Positions 17,824 through 29,536 of a stretch of DNA of 64,000 nt are shown here, one piece after another. Location: the NCBI GenBank assembly GCA_023415545.1, contig JAEZKJ010000177.1:43014-107013 (forward strand), given 5' to 3'. The notes beneath the pieces are model-generated. The model had not been told where the DNA came from, did no database searches, and saw only the letters and a program-made list of their open reading frames with translations. A program made the translations under genes and the position numbers. This DNA comes from Bacteroidota bacterium. GTDB lineage: Bacteria; Bacteroidota; Bacteroidia; Bacteroidales; Bacteroidaceae. Each line of letters begins with the position of its first letter. Positions within the stretch are counted from its first letter, which is position 1.

Positions 17824-19977
17824 TTAATCTTCTAAAAGTATATCCATAATTTGACAAGCAGCTTTAGCTACCGATGTACCAGGACCGAATATAGCAACAA
17901 CACCTGCTTTGTATAGGAAGTCATAATCCTGAGCAGGAATTACACCACCTGCAAACACAAGAATATCTTCACGTCCTAGTTTTTTAAGCTCTTCAATGAT
18001 TTGTGGAACCAATGTTTTGTGACCGGCAGCAAGTGAAGAAACACCTACAGCATGAACATCATTCTCCACAGCATCACGTGCAGCCTCTGCAGGAGTTTGG
18101 AAAAGAGGTCCCATATCTACATCGAAACCACAATCGGCATATCCTGTTGCAACAACTTTAGCACCACGGTCATGACCATCCTGTCCCATTTTTGCAATCA
18201 TAATACGAGGACGACGACCTTCTTTCTTAGCAAACTCTTCGGTCATTTCGCAAGCTTTTACGAAATCCGGATCTTTTTTACTTTCTGATGAATACACTCC
18301 TGAAATTGTTCTAATAACGGCTTTATATCGACCTACGATTTTTTCGCAAGCTAATGAAATTTCTCCCAAAGTAGCACGCACTCTAGCTGCTTCAACAGCA
18401 AGTTCAAGTAGGTTACCTTTGCCTGTTTTTACACATTCTGTAATAGCCTCAAGTGCCTTATCAACCTCCTCTTGATTTCTTCCCTCTTTCAAACGTTTCA
18501 AATTCTCGATCTGCTCTAAACGAACAGCAGTATTATCTACTTCGAGGATATCGATAGGATCTTCTTTTTCAAGACGATATTTGTTAGTACCAACGATAGT
18601 CTGTTCACCCGAGTCAATTCTAGCTTGAGTACGAGCAGCAGCTTCTTCGATTCTCATCTTAGGTACACCTGTCTCAATAGCTTTAGCCATACCACCAAGA
18701 CTTTCAATCTCTTGAATATGTTCCCAAGCTTTGTGAGCAAGTTCGTCTGTTAGAGCCTCTACATAGTAAGAACCTCCCCATGGGTCAATGTTCTTACAAA
18801 TATTTGTCTCTTCTTGAAGATATATCTGAGTATTACGAGCAATACGAGCCGAGAAGTCAGTAGGAAGAGCAATAGCTTCATCAAGTGCATTAGTATGTAA
18901 TGACTGAGTGTGACCAAGTGCAGCTGCCATAGCCTCTATACAAGTACGTCCCACATTATTGAATGGGTCTTGCTCAGTAAGCGACCATCCTGAAGTTTGA
19001 GAGTGAGTACGAAGAGCAAGTGACTTAGGGTTCTTAGGATTAAACTGTTTTACTATCTTAGCCCAAAGCATACGTGCTGCTCTCATCTTAGCAATCTCCA
19101 TGAAGTGGTTCATACCGATAGCCCAGAAGAAAGAGAGACGTGGAGCAAATGCATCGATATCGATTCCTGCTGCTACACCTGCACGAAGATATTCAAGACC
19201 ATCGGCAAGAGTATAAGCAAGCTCAATGTCGGCAGTAGCACCAGCCTCCTGCATATGATATCCTGAAATTGAGATAGAGTTGAATTTAGGCATCTTTTGA
19301 GATGTATATTCAAAAATATCTGATATAATCTTCATTGAGAATGAAGGTGGGTAGATGTATGTATTACGAACCATGAACTCCTTAAGGATATCATTCTGTA
19401 TAGTTCCGGCCATCTCTTCAAGTTTAGCGCCTTGCTCCAAACCTGCATTGATATAGAATGCCATAACAGGAAGAACAGCACCATTCATGGTCATTGAAAC
19501 AGACATTTTGCTTAATGGAATACCATCGAAAAGAACTTTCATATTCTCAAGTGAGCAGATAGAAACACCGGCTTTACCTACATCACCAACAACACGTTCA
19601 TGATCAGGGTCATAACCTCTATGTGTTGGGAGGTCGAAAGCAACAGAAAGACCTTTTTGTCCTGAAGCTAGATTACGACGGTAGAATGCATTACTCTCCT
19701 CTGCTGTTGAGAATCCAGCATACTGACGGATTGTCCATGGGCGGAAAGTAAACATCATTGAATATGGGCCACGAAGATATGGAGGAATACCAGCAGCATA
19801 ATTCAAATGCTCCATTCCTTGAAGATCTTCTTTTGTGTAAACAGGCTTAACATTGATATGTTCCGGAGTCTTCCAGTTACTCTTTATATCATTGTCTTTT
19901 TGCCATTGCATGCCATCTTTCTCTTGAAAAGAGGCATATATATCTATATTTTTAAAATTTGGTTTCATTTGATTCAT
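17824..19977 (-). CDS. scpA: Methylmalonyl-CoA mutase, large catalytic subunit (MutB/ScpA)
   Basis: [28 protein letters not shown] and the B12-binding motif GQDGHDRG. The start overlaps the mutA stop (TAATG); the alternative start is 9 nt downstream. Confidence 0.97.
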   Translation of the reverse strand: MNQMKPNFKNIDIYASFQEKDGMQWQKDNDIKSNWKTPEHINVKPVYTKEDLQGMEHLNYAAGIPPYLRGPYSMMFTFRPWTIRQYAGFSTAEESNAFYRRNLASGQKGLSVAFDLPTHRGYDPDHERVVGDVGKAGVSICSLENMKVLFDGIPLSKMSVSMTMNGAVLPVMAFYINAGLEQGAKLEEMAGTIQNDILKEFMVRNTYIYPPSFSMKIISDIFEYTSQKMPKFNSISISGYHMQEAGATADIELAYTLADGLEYLRAGVAAGIDIDAFAPRLSFFWAIGMNHFMEIAKMRAARMLWAKIVKQFNPKNPKSLALRTHSQTSGWSLTEQDPFNNVGRTCIEAMAAALGHTQSLHTNALDEAIALPTDFSARIARNTQIYLQEETNICKNIDPWGGSYYVEALTDELAHKAWEHIQEIESLGGMAKAIETGVPKMRIEEAAARTQARIDSGEQTIVGTNKYRLEKEDPIDILEVDNTAVRLEQIENLKRLKEGRNQEEVDKALEAITECVKTGKGNLLELAVEAARVRATLGEISLACEKIVGRYKAVIRTISGVYSSESKKDPDFVKACEMTEEFAKKEGRRPRIMIAKMGQDGHDRGAKVVATGYADCGFDVDMGPLFQTPAEAARDAVENDVHAVGVSSLAAGHKTLVPQIIEELKKLGREDILVFAGGVIPAQDYDFLYKAGVVAIFGPGTSVAKAACQIMDILLED

Positions 19978-21884
19978 TACTTAATTCCTAGTTTTTCATT
20001 GAACTCTTTTAATGTATCAAGAACATTACAACGTACATGTATAAAGTTCTCTATACCTGCAGCCTTAAGATCATCCATGCAAGCTGGAGCACCGGCAACA
20101 ATAAAGATAGCACGATTATTAAGTGCCTTGAAAGCTGGAATAGCATATTCTGCATATTCGTCATCACTAGAACATAGAACAACAATATCAGCATTAGCCT
20201 TCATAGCCTCTTCAATACCCTCTTCAACACTTTGGAATCCAAGATTGTCAATAACTTCATAACCTGCACAAGCCAAGAAGTTACATGAGAACTGAGCACG
20301 TGCCTGACGCATAGCCAAGTTTCCTATAGTAAGCATGAAAGCTTTAGGACGTTTACCCGATTTCTCAGTGCTTAATCTTAAAGCTTCGAATTCGCTAGCC
20401 ATACGTGAACTGTTAAGAGTCTTAATTGGTCGTTCACATGAATCTTTTTTATCACTACCACAGCAGCAAACATTCTCTATTGGCTCTTTACCATTTGCCT
20501 TTTCGTTAAAGTTAGGATATTGGTTTGTTCCAAGAAGAATCTCTTTACGTTTAGAAACATCATTATGACGTGCCTTATTGCTAGCATTAATAGCATCCTG
20601 TATGTTTCCTGCAATTATTTGGTTCAACATACCTCCATTTTCAACAACATCAAGGAATAGTTTCCAAGCCTCTGCAGCTATCGATACAGTGAGGTTTTCA
20701 ATATAATATGAACCACCTGCAGGGTCAACTACCTTATTTAAATGTGATTCCTCTTTTAGAAGCAATTGTTGGTTGCGTGCTATTCTTTCAGAGAAATCGT
20801 CAGCTTCTTTATAAGCATGGTCAAATGGTGTAACAGTAATTGAGTTTACTCCTGCTAGTGCAGCACTCATACTCTCAGTTTGTGTTCTAAGAAGATTCAC
20901 ATGTGAATCGAAAAGAGTCATATTGAAAGTAGAAGTCTGTGCATGAGCTAACATCTTACATGAACAGTTACAGAAATTGTCTTCACCTTGACTAGGACAA
21001 TCACAAGTACATGTTGGTTTATACTCTTTTACTATTTCAGCCCAAAGCATGCGAGCTGCTCTGAACTTAGCTATCTCAAGGAAATAGTTTGAGCTGATAC
21101 CAAAATTAAATTTAATTCTTTTAGCAACAAGTGATGAAGGAAGTCCTGCTTGAGTAAGTTTTTCAAGATACTCATTACCCCAAGCTAAAGCATAACCTAA
21201 CTCTTGGTATATATATGAACCTGAATTGTTTAAATCGACAGCATTTACGCAAATGCATCTGAATTTTTTCAAAGGAGCAAGAATAGCTATAAGTTCCTTA
21301 GCTGTACCAACAAAGTCGCTAAGATCTTTACCTTTAACCATCATTTTGTCCATAGGGTCATAGTTAATCGACCCTTTTATGTTATTAAGATTATACTCTT
21401 TGCTAGTAAAGTAGTTTACCAACTCTTCAGCAAGTTTTACACAAGCACCTTGGCATGTTGAGAAGTTTAATTCTATCTCCTCTGCATTAATGCCATCAAG
21501 AAGTTGTGAAATATAATCTTGAGAAATATCTTTTTTCTTTACAGAAAAGCCTAATGAATCTACACCTTTAGTAATAATATCTTTAGCTTTTTTATTCGCT
21601 TCACTAGCTGAAACAACATTAATCTCTTGTCGTATTAACCAGCTATTGTCATCTTTTTTATTACCGCGAAGGAAAGGGAATTGACCAGGCAATGCCTGAA
21701 TAGTTTTTAATCCTTCTAAGTCTTCTTCTCTATAAAAAGGCTTAACTTTAAATCCTTCATTAGTTCTCCAAACTAATTTTTTCTCGTAATCAGCACCCTT
21801 TAAGTCAACTGTTATTTTTGACATCCAGTCTTCAGTCGACACATTAGGAAATTCTGAAAAGAGTTTTTCTTTACTATCTGCCAT
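19977..21884 (-). CDS. mutA: Methylmalonyl-CoA mutase, small subunit
   Basis: [39 protein letters not shown] and [10 protein letters not shown]. The DxHxxG motif is absent. Confidence 0.93.
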   Translation of the reverse strand: MADSKEKLFSEFPNVSTEDWMSKITVDLKGADYEKKLVWRTNEGFKVKPFYREEDLEGLKTIQALPGQFPFLRGNKKDDNSWLIRQEINVVSASEANKKAKDIITKGVDSLGFSVKKKDISQDYISQLLDGINAEEIELNFSTCQGACVKLAEELVNYFTSKEYNLNNIKGSINYDPMDKMMVKGKDLSDFVGTAKELIAILAPLKKFRCICVNAVDLNNSGSYIYQELGYALAWGNEYLEKLTQAGLPSSLVAKRIKFNFGISSNYFLEIAKFRAARMLWAEIVKEYKPTCTCDCPSQGEDNFCNCSCKMLAHAQTSTFNMTLFDSHVNLLRTQTESMSAALAGVNSITVTPFDHAYKEADDFSERIARNQQLLLKEESHLNKVVDPAGGSYYIENLTVSIAAEAWKLFLDVVENGGMLNQIIAGNIQDAINASNKARHNDVSKRKEILLGTNQYPNFNEKANGKEPIENVCCCGSDKKDSCERPIKTLNSSRMASEFEALRLSTEKSGKRPKAFMLTIGNLAMRQARAQFSCNFLACAGYEVIDNLGFQSVEEGIEEAMKANADIVVLCSSDDEYAEYAIPAFKALNNRAIFIVAGAPACMDDLKAAGIENFIHVRCNVLDTLKEFNEKLGIK

Positions 21885-22181
21885 TTTGAATTTAGTGTTA
21901 ATTTAAAATTACTATGTTAACGTCTTACAATTGACGAGTTACAAATATACTAATTCATTTTTAATATGGTATTTATTACACTTGTTTTTCAATAAGTTTG
22001 GTTGTGAAATATTGCTTAATGTTAAAAATAAATTGGTTTGTAAACTTTTATCATATATATATCTTAAATATCGTTGTTCATTATTTTAAAAATTGAGAAA
22101 ATATCTTTCTATAAATAGTTGGAAACGGATAGCTTTATTACTACTTTTGCGAAAAAATTAAAAAAAGTAATTTTACTTATC

Positions 22182-23852
22182 ATGGATTGGCTAAATCATC
22201 TATTGTACGATGGTAGTTCTATAGCACATATTGTGTTACTCTACTCATTCGTAATAGCGGCAGGAGTGCTGCTTGGAAAAATCAAAGTTTTTGGTATCTC
22301 TTTAGGGGTAACATTTGTACTTTTTGTAGGAATATTATGTGGCCATTTTGGCTTTACAGGAGATACACCTATCTTGAACTTTATTCAAGATTTTGGTCTA
22401 ATCCTTTTTGTCTTCTGCATTGGTCTGCAAGTGGGTCCATCATTTTTCTCTTCTTTCAAAAAAGGTGGGTTATCAATGAATGTTGTTGCTCTTGGTATTG
22501 TTATCTTAAATATAGCAGTAGCATTAATACTTTATTTTGTACTTGCCGAACGTATATCATTGCCTATGATGGTAGGTATACTTTGCGGTGCTGTAACAAA
22601 TACCCCTGGTCTTGGTGCTGCTAATGAAGCACTAAATCAGATCAATTATTCCGGTCCTCAAATAGCCATGGGTTATGCTTGCGCATATCCTTTAGGTGTT
22701 ATTGGTATAATTGGATCGATAATTGCAGTAAAATATTTATGTAGGATTAATACACAGAAAGAGGAGGAAGAACTCGAAAAACAGGAGTTGGCTAATCCAC
22801 ATTTGAAACCTATTGTGATGCATCTCGAAGTTCAAAATAAAGCTTTAGCAGGTGAAACATTGTTCCATGTTAAAGAGATGCTAAAACGTGATTTCGTATG
22901 TTCACGTATATTACAGAATGGACATGTAAATATTCCTACTCGTGATACAATTTTTAATATCGGAGATCAGCTTCTTATTGTATGTGCTGAAGATGATGCA
23001 AATTCAATAATAGCATTTATAGGTCCTAAAATTGAAGTAGATTGGGATAAACAAGATAAACCAATGGTTTCGCGTCGTATTCTTGTTACACAATCCAAAA
23101 TGAATGGTAAACAACTTGGTCAAATCCATTTCAGCAGTATGTATGGTGTGAATGTCACTCGAGTAAACCGTTCGGGTATGGATATATTCGCTTCACGTAA
23201 CCTTACTCTTCAAGTTGGTGACCGTGTAATGGTTGTTGGACCTCAAGATGCTGTTGATCGTGTTGCAAACTTATTGGGTAACTCACTTAAACGTCTTGAT
23301 CATCCAAATATAGTAACAATATTTGTTGGTATATTCTTAGGTATACTATTTGGTAGTTTACCAATAGCATTCCCCGGAGTTCCTACTCCTGTAAAACTTG
23401 GTCTTGCCGGTGGTCCACTTATCGTTTCAATTTTAATTGGACGTTTTGGATATAAATTGAAACTAGTTTCATATACCACAATGAGTGCTAACCTTATGCT
23501 TCGTGAGATAGGTATTGCTCTATTCTTAGCTAGCGTAGGAATAAAGGCCGGTGCTAGCTTTTTACAAACTGTGGTTGATGGTGATGGATTGTTATATGTA
23601 GGATGTGGTTTCTTGATAACAATAATACCACTTTTGATTATGGGAGTTGTTGGACGTATAGCCTACAAGATAAACTATTTTACACTTATGGGACTTATGG
23701 CAGGTAGTACTACCGATCCTCCTGCATTAGCATATGCTAATCAAACAGCAAATAATAATGCTCCGGCGGTAGGATATTCTACTGTTTATCCTCTTTCGAT
23801 GTTCTTGAGAATACTAACTGCTCAATTACTTATACTATTTTTAGCAAGTTAA
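22182..23852 (+). CDS. AspT/YidE/YbjL-family transporter with TrkA-C domains
   Basis: Likely start MDWL at 22182, with -7 box TACTTTTG at 22142-22149. Motifs [46 protein letters not shown] and YSTVYP. Confidence 0.9.
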   Translation: MDWLNHLLYDGSSIAHIVLLYSFVIAAGVLLGKIKVFGISLGVTFVLFVGILCGHFGFTGDTPILNFIQDFGLILFVFCIGLQVGPSFFSSFKKGGLSMNVVALGIVILNIAVALILYFVLAERISLPMMVGILCGAVTNTPGLGAANEALNQINYSGPQIAMGYACAYPLGVIGIIGSIIAVKYLCRINTQKEEEELEKQELANPHLKPIVMHLEVQNKALAGETLFHVKEMLKRDFVCSRILQNGHVNIPTRDTIFNIGDQLLIVCAEDDANSIIAFIGPKIEVDWDKQDKPMVSRRILVTQSKMNGKQLGQIHFSSMYGVNVTRVNRSGMDIFASRNLTLQVGDRVMVVGPQDAVDRVANLLGNSLKRLDHPNIVTIFVGIFLGILFGSLPIAFPGVPTPVKLGLAGGPLIVSILIGRFGYKLKLVSYTTMSANLMLREIGIALFLASVGIKAGASFLQTVVDGDGLLYVGCGFLITIIPLLIMGVVGRIAYKINYFTLMGLMAGSTTDPPALAYANQTANNNAPAVGYSTVYPLSMFLRILTAQLLILFLAS

Positions 23853-23877
23853 AATTTAATAGTTAATAAAATATTAC

Positions 23878-23934
23878 CCCGTCAATCATCTGGCAGATTT
23901 TAAAAGATTAATCAGTAAATTGGCGGGATTTTTT
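23878..23934 (+). terminator. Probable terminator after the transporter gene
   Basis: CCCGTCAAT...ATTGGCGGG stem followed by a T6 run. Confidence 0.5.
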
Positions 23935-23956
23935 ATAATATATAACAGATTATAGT

Positions 23957-25597
23957 ATGATTTCAGTTGATGGATTAGCTGTAGAGTTTGGCGGAACCAC
24001 ACTATTTAGTGATATATCTTTTCAGATAAACGAGAAAGACCGTATAGCACTTATGGGAAAAAATGGTGCAGGAAAGTCTACATTACTTAAAATTTTAGCG
24101 GGTGTTCGACAACCTACTCGTGGCAAAGTAACAACACCAAAGGATTGTGTAGTTGCTTATCTTCCTCAGCACCTTATGACAGAAGATGGAAGAACGGTTT
24201 TTGAAGAGACTTCACAAGCTTTCGCTCATCTAAAAGAGATGGAAGATGAGATTAATGCATTAAACAAAGAACTTGAGACTAGAACAGATTATGAGAGTGA
24301 TTCATATATGGCTCTTATTGAGAAAGTCTCTACTATGAGCGAAAAGTTCTATGCTATCGATCTAACGCATTTTGAAGAGGATGTTGAAAAGACTCTTCTT
24401 GGACTTGGTTTTGAAAGAGAGGATTTTCAAAAACAGACAAGTCAGTTCAGTGGTGGTTGGAGAATGAGAATCGAACTTGCTAAGTTACTACTTCAAAAAC
24501 CTGATGTTATCCTTTTGGATGAGCCTACAAATCATCTTGATATTGAGTCGATACAATGGCTTGAAGAATTCCTTATAAATAATGGTAAAGCAGTAGTGTT
24601 AATAAGCCATGACCGTAAGTTCGTTGATAGAATAACTACTCGTACTATTGAGGTTACAATGGGACGTATTTATGATTACAAGGTAAATTACTCACAGTAC
24701 CTTGTTCTACGTAAAGAGCGTCGTGAACAGCAACAGAAACAGTACGAGGATCAACAGAAGATGATTCAAGAGACTAAAGATTTTATTGAACGATTTAAAG
24801 GTACATATAGTAAAACTCTTCAAGTTCAGAGCCGTGTAAAGATGCTCGAGAAACTACAAATCATAGAGGTTGATGAAGAGGATACTTCTGCTCTTCGTCT
24901 TAAATTCCCTCCTTCGCCACGTAGTGGCAGCTATCCTGTCATTATGGATAGAGTGGGTAAAAGCTATGATGATCATGTTGTTTTTAAAGATGCATCTCTA
25001 ACTATAGAGAGAGGTGATAAAGTTGCTTTTGTTGGAAGAAACGGTGAGGGTAAGTCTACGCTTGTGAAATGTATAATGAACGAGATTGACCATGAAGGTA
25101 CTCTTACTTTAGGACATAATGTGCAGATAGGATATTTTGCACAGAATCAAGCATCACTTCTTGATGAGAATTTAACTGTATTCCAAACAATCGATGATGT
25201 TGCAAAAGGGGATATTCGTAATAAGATACGCGATTTGCTTGGAGCATTTATGTTTGGTGGCCCTGAGGAATCGATGAAGAAGGTTAAAGTGTTATCGGGA
25301 GGAGAACGTACACGTCTTGCTATGATAAAACTACTTTTAGAACCGGTGAATCTTCTTATTCTCGATGAGCCAACAAATCACTTGGATCTTAAAACAAAAG
25401 ATATTTTGAAACAGGCTCTTATTGATTTTGATGGAACACTAATTGTAGTTTCCCATGATCGTGATTTCCTTGACGGACTTGTTACTAAAGTATATGAGTT
25501 CGGAAATAAAAAGGTTAAAGAACATCTGTGTGGAATTTATGAGTTCCTTGAGACAAAGAAGATGGAGTCATTGTCTGAATTAGAGGCAAAGAAATAA
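23957..25597 (+). CDS. ABC-F family ATPase (ribosome-associated)
   Basis: Two nucleotide-binding domains (GKNGAGKST, FSGGWRMR, LDEPTNHLD; GRNGEGKST, LSGGE) and no TM segments. Confidence 0.93.
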   Translation: MISVDGLAVEFGGTTLFSDISFQINEKDRIALMGKNGAGKSTLLKILAGVRQPTRGKVTTPKDCVVAYLPQHLMTEDGRTVFEETSQAFAHLKEMEDEINALNKELETRTDYESDSYMALIEKVSTMSEKFYAIDLTHFEEDVEKTLLGLGFEREDFQKQTSQFSGGWRMRIELAKLLLQKPDVILLDEPTNHLDIESIQWLEEFLINNGKAVVLISHDRKFVDRITTRTIEVTMGRIYDYKVNYSQYLVLRKERREQQQKQYEDQQKMIQETKDFIERFKGTYSKTLQVQSRVKMLEKLQIIEVDEEDTSALRLKFPPSPRSGSYPVIMDRVGKSYDDHVVFKDASLTIERGDKVAFVGRNGEGKSTLVKCIMNEIDHEGTLTLGHNVQIGYFAQNQASLLDENLTVFQTIDDVAKGDIRNKIRDLLGAFMFGGPEESMKKVKVLSGGERTRLAMIKLLLEPVNLLILDEPTNHLDLKTKDILKQALIDFDGTLIVVSHDRDFLDGLVTKVYEFGNKKVKEHLCGIYEFLETKKMESLSELEAKK

Positions 25598-25604
25598 TAA
25601 ATAA

Positions 25605-25652
25605 AAAAGCTGTGTTAGTTGAGTTACAAATAATCTCACTAACACAGCTTTT
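25605..25652. terminator. Bidirectional terminator
   Basis: AAAAGCTGTGTTAGT...ACTAACACAGCTTTT between convergent genes. Confidence 0.85.
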
Positions 25653-25680
25653 CTTTTAATAAGTCTATATTATAAAGTAA

Positions 25681-27681
25681 TTAAAAATTTATCTCCTTTA
25701 CTATACCATTATTAAGGATAACTTTAACATTATTCTTATCAGCAGAAACCTCAATAGACTTTACAGGGGTAAGTTCCTTTTTAGTGAAGCTGCCATCTTT
25801 TTTCCAGAGTTGTAGAGTGACATAAATTTCACTATTTTCAATTTTATCTGAAGCCATTATTAAAGCAGCTTCATCAGAAACAGGATGAATACCTTTAGTG
25901 CGTACTGTATATACTTTTTCCCATCCTGTAATAGGGATCATGGCTAATTCATGTTTACCATTCGATAATATAAGTGCACTTTTTCCATTTACATTTCGTT
26001 TATACTCCTTGAACTCCTTTTTCAATTTTGGTAAAGAGTAGTGTCCTAAAGAAATTTCTGTTGGAGTAGAAACGGTAACTTTATCTACTCTAAGTATACC
26101 ATCAGGTAAAGAGATGTCAGCTAATTGGTATTTCACATTTTCGTCGCTCTCTAATACTGCGTCACGTCTATATATATCATTTTCAAAACTTTTAAATGTA
26201 TAAAGTCGCAATACTTCCCATACAGATTTTTTATTCAATGTTCCATAGTTCATAGATATTTCACCATTTTCACCATCGGCCATCCATGGGAATTCAGTGT
26301 TATATGCAAGTTTATTGTAGTTTTCCGAGCTACGGAATTTTTGCCAATCCTTTGCTACAGTTTCATGACACCAAGAACGCATCTCCGAACTTCCTGAATT
26401 AGGATAGTTTGTTATAAGTAGATTTGTTGCCGGTTGAAATTTGTGATAAACATTATTCTTTTTCAATTCTTTTTCCCAAGGGCCATTATTTTCGATAGCC
26501 GACCAATATTTTGAATCCTCAGGGAACATTAACCCAAGAAAGGCTTTTCCGCACCAATATACACTACCACGACAACTATATATTTGAACTACTGGAGCAA
26601 AAGGTCCATAGAATCCCATTGTAGGAACATTATCCATTAAGAATTCAGGATGTTCCATAAATTGTAATAGTGTAGAAGATGCAATTCTACGCATCCATCC
26701 ATAATTAACATTTTCACTGTTGTCATATTCTAAAAGTGGAAGTGCTGATACAGAAGCAAAGCGGTAGCAACAACTTCTTCCCCACATATTCATCTTTCCA
26801 TCAGCAGCAAACATGTATGGGTAGTTATCTACTAAATCGTGTTGGTAGTTGAGGAATTGTTTTGCTAATTCAGGAAATTGCTTTTTACCAAACATCTCTG
26901 CCCAAAAAGGTCCATATGTTTGATATGCCCACATACTGTAATAATCATAAGCAGGAGCATCGTTATACCAACCTTCACCTCTATAACGTTTCAATAGTTC
27001 AGTAAGATTTTTCTCTAAATATTCATCATTTACTTTATACCCTTGCTCTTTTAAAAAGCTCAAGATAAATACGTTAAAAAATCTCCAATTAGAACCTATA
27101 GTAGGACCTTCACCATAACTTAGCATAGTAGCAGCCAATTTATCTTTTTGCTCTTTTGATAAAGGTTTCCAAAGAACATCTGGAGCTACTTGCATGGAAA
27201 TACATAATGATCCCAATTCTAATAAAGTTTGGCTAGGACCTCCCTTACGGTGAGGGATAAAACTTTTACTATCCGGATTTGTAAGTTGAACTAATTGATG
27301 TAGATAATAATCGGCAACCTTTATGCCATTTAAGGTTAAATTTGGATTATCCTTTAATAGGGGAGCAGCTACAAAAAGCGTACGAGCTAAACCTTCCAGT
27401 TTAGCAACTCTTTTATCATTTTCACCCCTTGGATATGTTTTATCCAACTGTTTGGGAAAATCCATCTGGTCATCCAAATTGTTTATATAGCTAAATGCAC
27501 CATTTAGCAGATATTCAGCAGCCTGGATCCAATGTTTTCTTGTCATACCGGTGTATGGACTTTTTTTGAAATCCGGATTTTCTACTACAAATACTTTTTC
27601 ATTAATTACCTGTTTTACTTTAGCTTGTGAAAAAAGAAAACCACATAGAGTTAAGCTTAACAATAAAATTTTATTTCTCAT
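25681..27681 (-). CDS. Secreted DUF2264-family protein (probable glycoside hydrolase, GH154-related)
   Basis: Signal peptide, [40 protein letters not shown] and [14 protein letters not shown]. Confidence 0.75.
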   Translation of the reverse strand: MRNKILLLSLTLCGFLFSQAKVKQVINEKVFVVENPDFKKSPYTGMTRKHWIQAAEYLLNGAFSYINNLDDQMDFPKQLDKTYPRGENDKRVAKLEGLARTLFVAAPLLKDNPNLTLNGIKVADYYLHQLVQLTNPDSKSFIPHRKGGPSQTLLELGSLCISMQVAPDVLWKPLSKEQKDKLAATMLSYGEGPTIGSNWRFFNVFILSFLKEQGYKVNDEYLEKNLTELLKRYRGEGWYNDAPAYDYYSMWAYQTYGPFWAEMFGKKQFPELAKQFLNYQHDLVDNYPYMFAADGKMNMWGRSCCYRFASVSALPLLEYDNSENVNYGWMRRIASSTLLQFMEHPEFLMDNVPTMGFYGPFAPVVQIYSCRGSVYWCGKAFLGLMFPEDSKYWSAIENNGPWEKELKKNNVYHKFQPATNLLITNYPNSGSSEMRSWCHETVAKDWQKFRSSENYNKLAYNTEFPWMADGENGEISMNYGTLNKKSVWEVLRLYTFKSFENDIYRRDAVLESDENVKYQLADISLPDGILRVDKVTVSTPTEISLGHYSLPKLKKEFKEYKRNVNGKSALILSNGKHELAMIPITGWEKVYTVRTKGIHPVSDEAALIMASDKIENSEIYVTLQLWKKDGSFTKKELTPVKSIEVSADKNNVKVILNNGIVKEINF

Positions 27682-27694
27682 TTTAGTGATAATT

Positions 27695-27731
27695 AAAAGA
27701 GCCTGTGTGTGGACGCAGACTCTTCTTTTTT
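27695..27731 (-). terminator. Probable terminator after rfbB
   Basis: AAGAGCCTGTGT-gtgg-ACGCAGACTCTT imperfect stem flanked by A/T runs. Confidence 0.5.
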
Positions 27732-27757
27732 AATGTTAATATATTAAATAAATATCT

Positions 27758-28897
27758 TTATCTTTTGTTATACATGTTTTCGTAATAGTTTTGGTAATCA
27801 CCACTTGTAACATCTTCTACCCACTTTTGGTTATCCAGATACCAATATATTGTTTTTAAAATACCATCTTTAAAGTTTGTTTCCGGATACCATCCTAACT
27901 CTTTAGTTATTTTTGTAGGATCAATGGCATATCTTTGGTCATGCCCTAATCTATCTTTTACAAAAGTTATCAAGTCGTTGTTAATCCAATCTATTTTTAT
28001 CTCACCATTATCATCATACTCTTTTTTCTTTAATATCTCACGATATTTAGGCTCATTTTTCATTATTTCATGTATAGTAGAGATGGTGAGTTTTACTATT
28101 TCAATATTTTGCTCTTCATTATGGCCACCTACATTATAAACCTCTCCATCTGTTCCATTGTTAAGAACCATGTCTATGGCTTTACAATGATCCTCAACAT
28201 ATAACCAGTCGCGTACATTTGTTCCATCACCATAAACAGGAAGTCGTTTACCCTCTAAAATATTTTTAATAATAAGAGGAATCAACTTTTCGGGGAAATG
28301 ATATGGACCATAGTTATTTGAACATCTTGTAATAGTCACAGGCATCATATATGTATCATGATAAGCCAAAACTATTAAATCGGCTGAGGCTTTCGAAGCA
28401 CTATAAGGACTATGTGGGTTTATAGGTGTATCTTCGGTGAAAAAGCCTTCCATTCCTAAACTTCCATAAACCTCATCGGTAGAAACTTGATGAAATCTCA
28501 CATTATTTCTCCACGTAGGATACCCATCTTTATTTTTACCTGTTACCCAAGCTCTTTTAGCACATTCCAGAAGATTTTGAGTACCTAAAATATTTGTTTG
28601 TAGGAAGAGTTGTGGATTTTCTATGCTTCTATCAACATGACTTTCAGCAGCGAAGTTTATAACACAATCGAATTTATATTCACCAAACAATCTATCTACA
28701 AGTGCTGAATCCCTAATATCACCTTTAACAAAAAAGCAACGTTCATTATCAATGTCTGAAGAAATTGTTTTTAAATTTCCAGCATAGGTGAGCAAATCTA
28801 AAACTACAACCTTAATATCATCATGCTTTTTTAAAATAAATTTTAAAAAGTTAGCTCCAATAAATCCAGCAGCTCCTGTTATTAGATATGTTTTCAT
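27758..28897 (-). CDS. rfbB: dTDP-glucose 4,6-dehydratase
   Basis: TGAAGFIG, FAAESHVDRSI, VSTDEVYG, PYSASK, RCSNNYGPY and DRLGHDQRYAID. Confidence 0.96.
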   Translation of the reverse strand: MKTYLITGAAGFIGANFLKFILKKHDDIKVVVLDLLTYAGNLKTISSDIDNERCFFVKGDIRDSALVDRLFGEYKFDCVINFAAESHVDRSIENPQLFLQTNILGTQNLLECAKRAWVTGKNKDGYPTWRNNVRFHQVSTDEVYGSLGMEGFFTEDTPINPHSPYSASKASADLIVLAYHDTYMMPVTITRCSNNYGPYHFPEKLIPLIIKNILEGKRLPVYGDGTNVRDWLYVEDHCKAIDMVLNNGTDGEVYNVGGHNEEQNIEIVKLTISTIHEIMKNEPKYREILKKKEYDDNGEIKIDWINNDLITFVKDRLGHDQRYAIDPTKITKELGWYPETNFKDGILKTIYWYLDNQKWVEDVTSGDYQNYYENMYNKR

Positions 28898-28976
28898 TAT
28901 AAATTATTTTTATGCAAAGTTCGTATTATTTTAATAAAAAACAAATTATTGTAAAAGTTGACTTAATAGTTCATCA

Positions 28977-29480
28977 CTACTTTATTATGTTGTCAGCAAG
29001 TTCTATCACTTCCAAATCTTTAAATGTATCATTGTCAATAGTGAATCTCACTAATGTTCTAACTTTATGAAATCCGTAAATACCAGCCGCTCCAGGGTTA
29101 ATGTGGAGCATATTTAGCGTCTTATCATATTTGACTTTCATAATATGTGAATGTCCACTAATAAAAAGTTTTGGTGGTTTTACAAGTAGCGAACCTTTAA
29201 TTGATGGATCATAGTTTCCTGGGTATCCTCCAATATGTTTAATAAGTACATCTACCTTTTCAATATTAAAACGATTAACTAGTGGAAATTGTTTTCTTAT
29301 TTCTTGTCCATCAATATTTCCATATACGGCCCTTAATGGCTTGATATTGGCTAATTTTTCTGCAACTTCTATTGAACCGATGTCTCCTGCATGCCAAATT
29401 TCATCACAATTCTCGAAATATTTTTTATATCTCTCATCCCAATAGGAGTGCGTATCAGATAATAGACCAATTCTTTTCAT
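28977..29480 (-). CDS. YfcE-like metallophosphoesterase
   Basis: SDTH, HAGD, VYGNID, GHSH and INPGA. Confidence 0.92.
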   Translation of the reverse strand: MKRIGLLSDTHSYWDERYKKYFENCDEIWHAGDIGSIEVAEKLANIKPLRAVYGNIDGQEIRKQFPLVNRFNIEKVDVLIKHIGGYPGNYDPSIKGSLLVKPPKLFISGHSHIMKVKYDKTLNMLHINPGAAGIYGFHKVRTLVRFTIDNDTFKDLEVIELADNIIK

Positions 29481-29536
29481 CTTTTTTGCTTTTTATTGCA
29501 AAGATATCTATATTTGGATAAAACGTATTGAATAAG

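Noticed and set aside
21885..22181. Cobalamin riboswitch upstream of mutAB
   Set aside because: The region is AT-rich with no B12-box or GGGAA/GCCACTG-type motifs, and the -7 box (21949-21942) leaves a leader of only about 50 nt.
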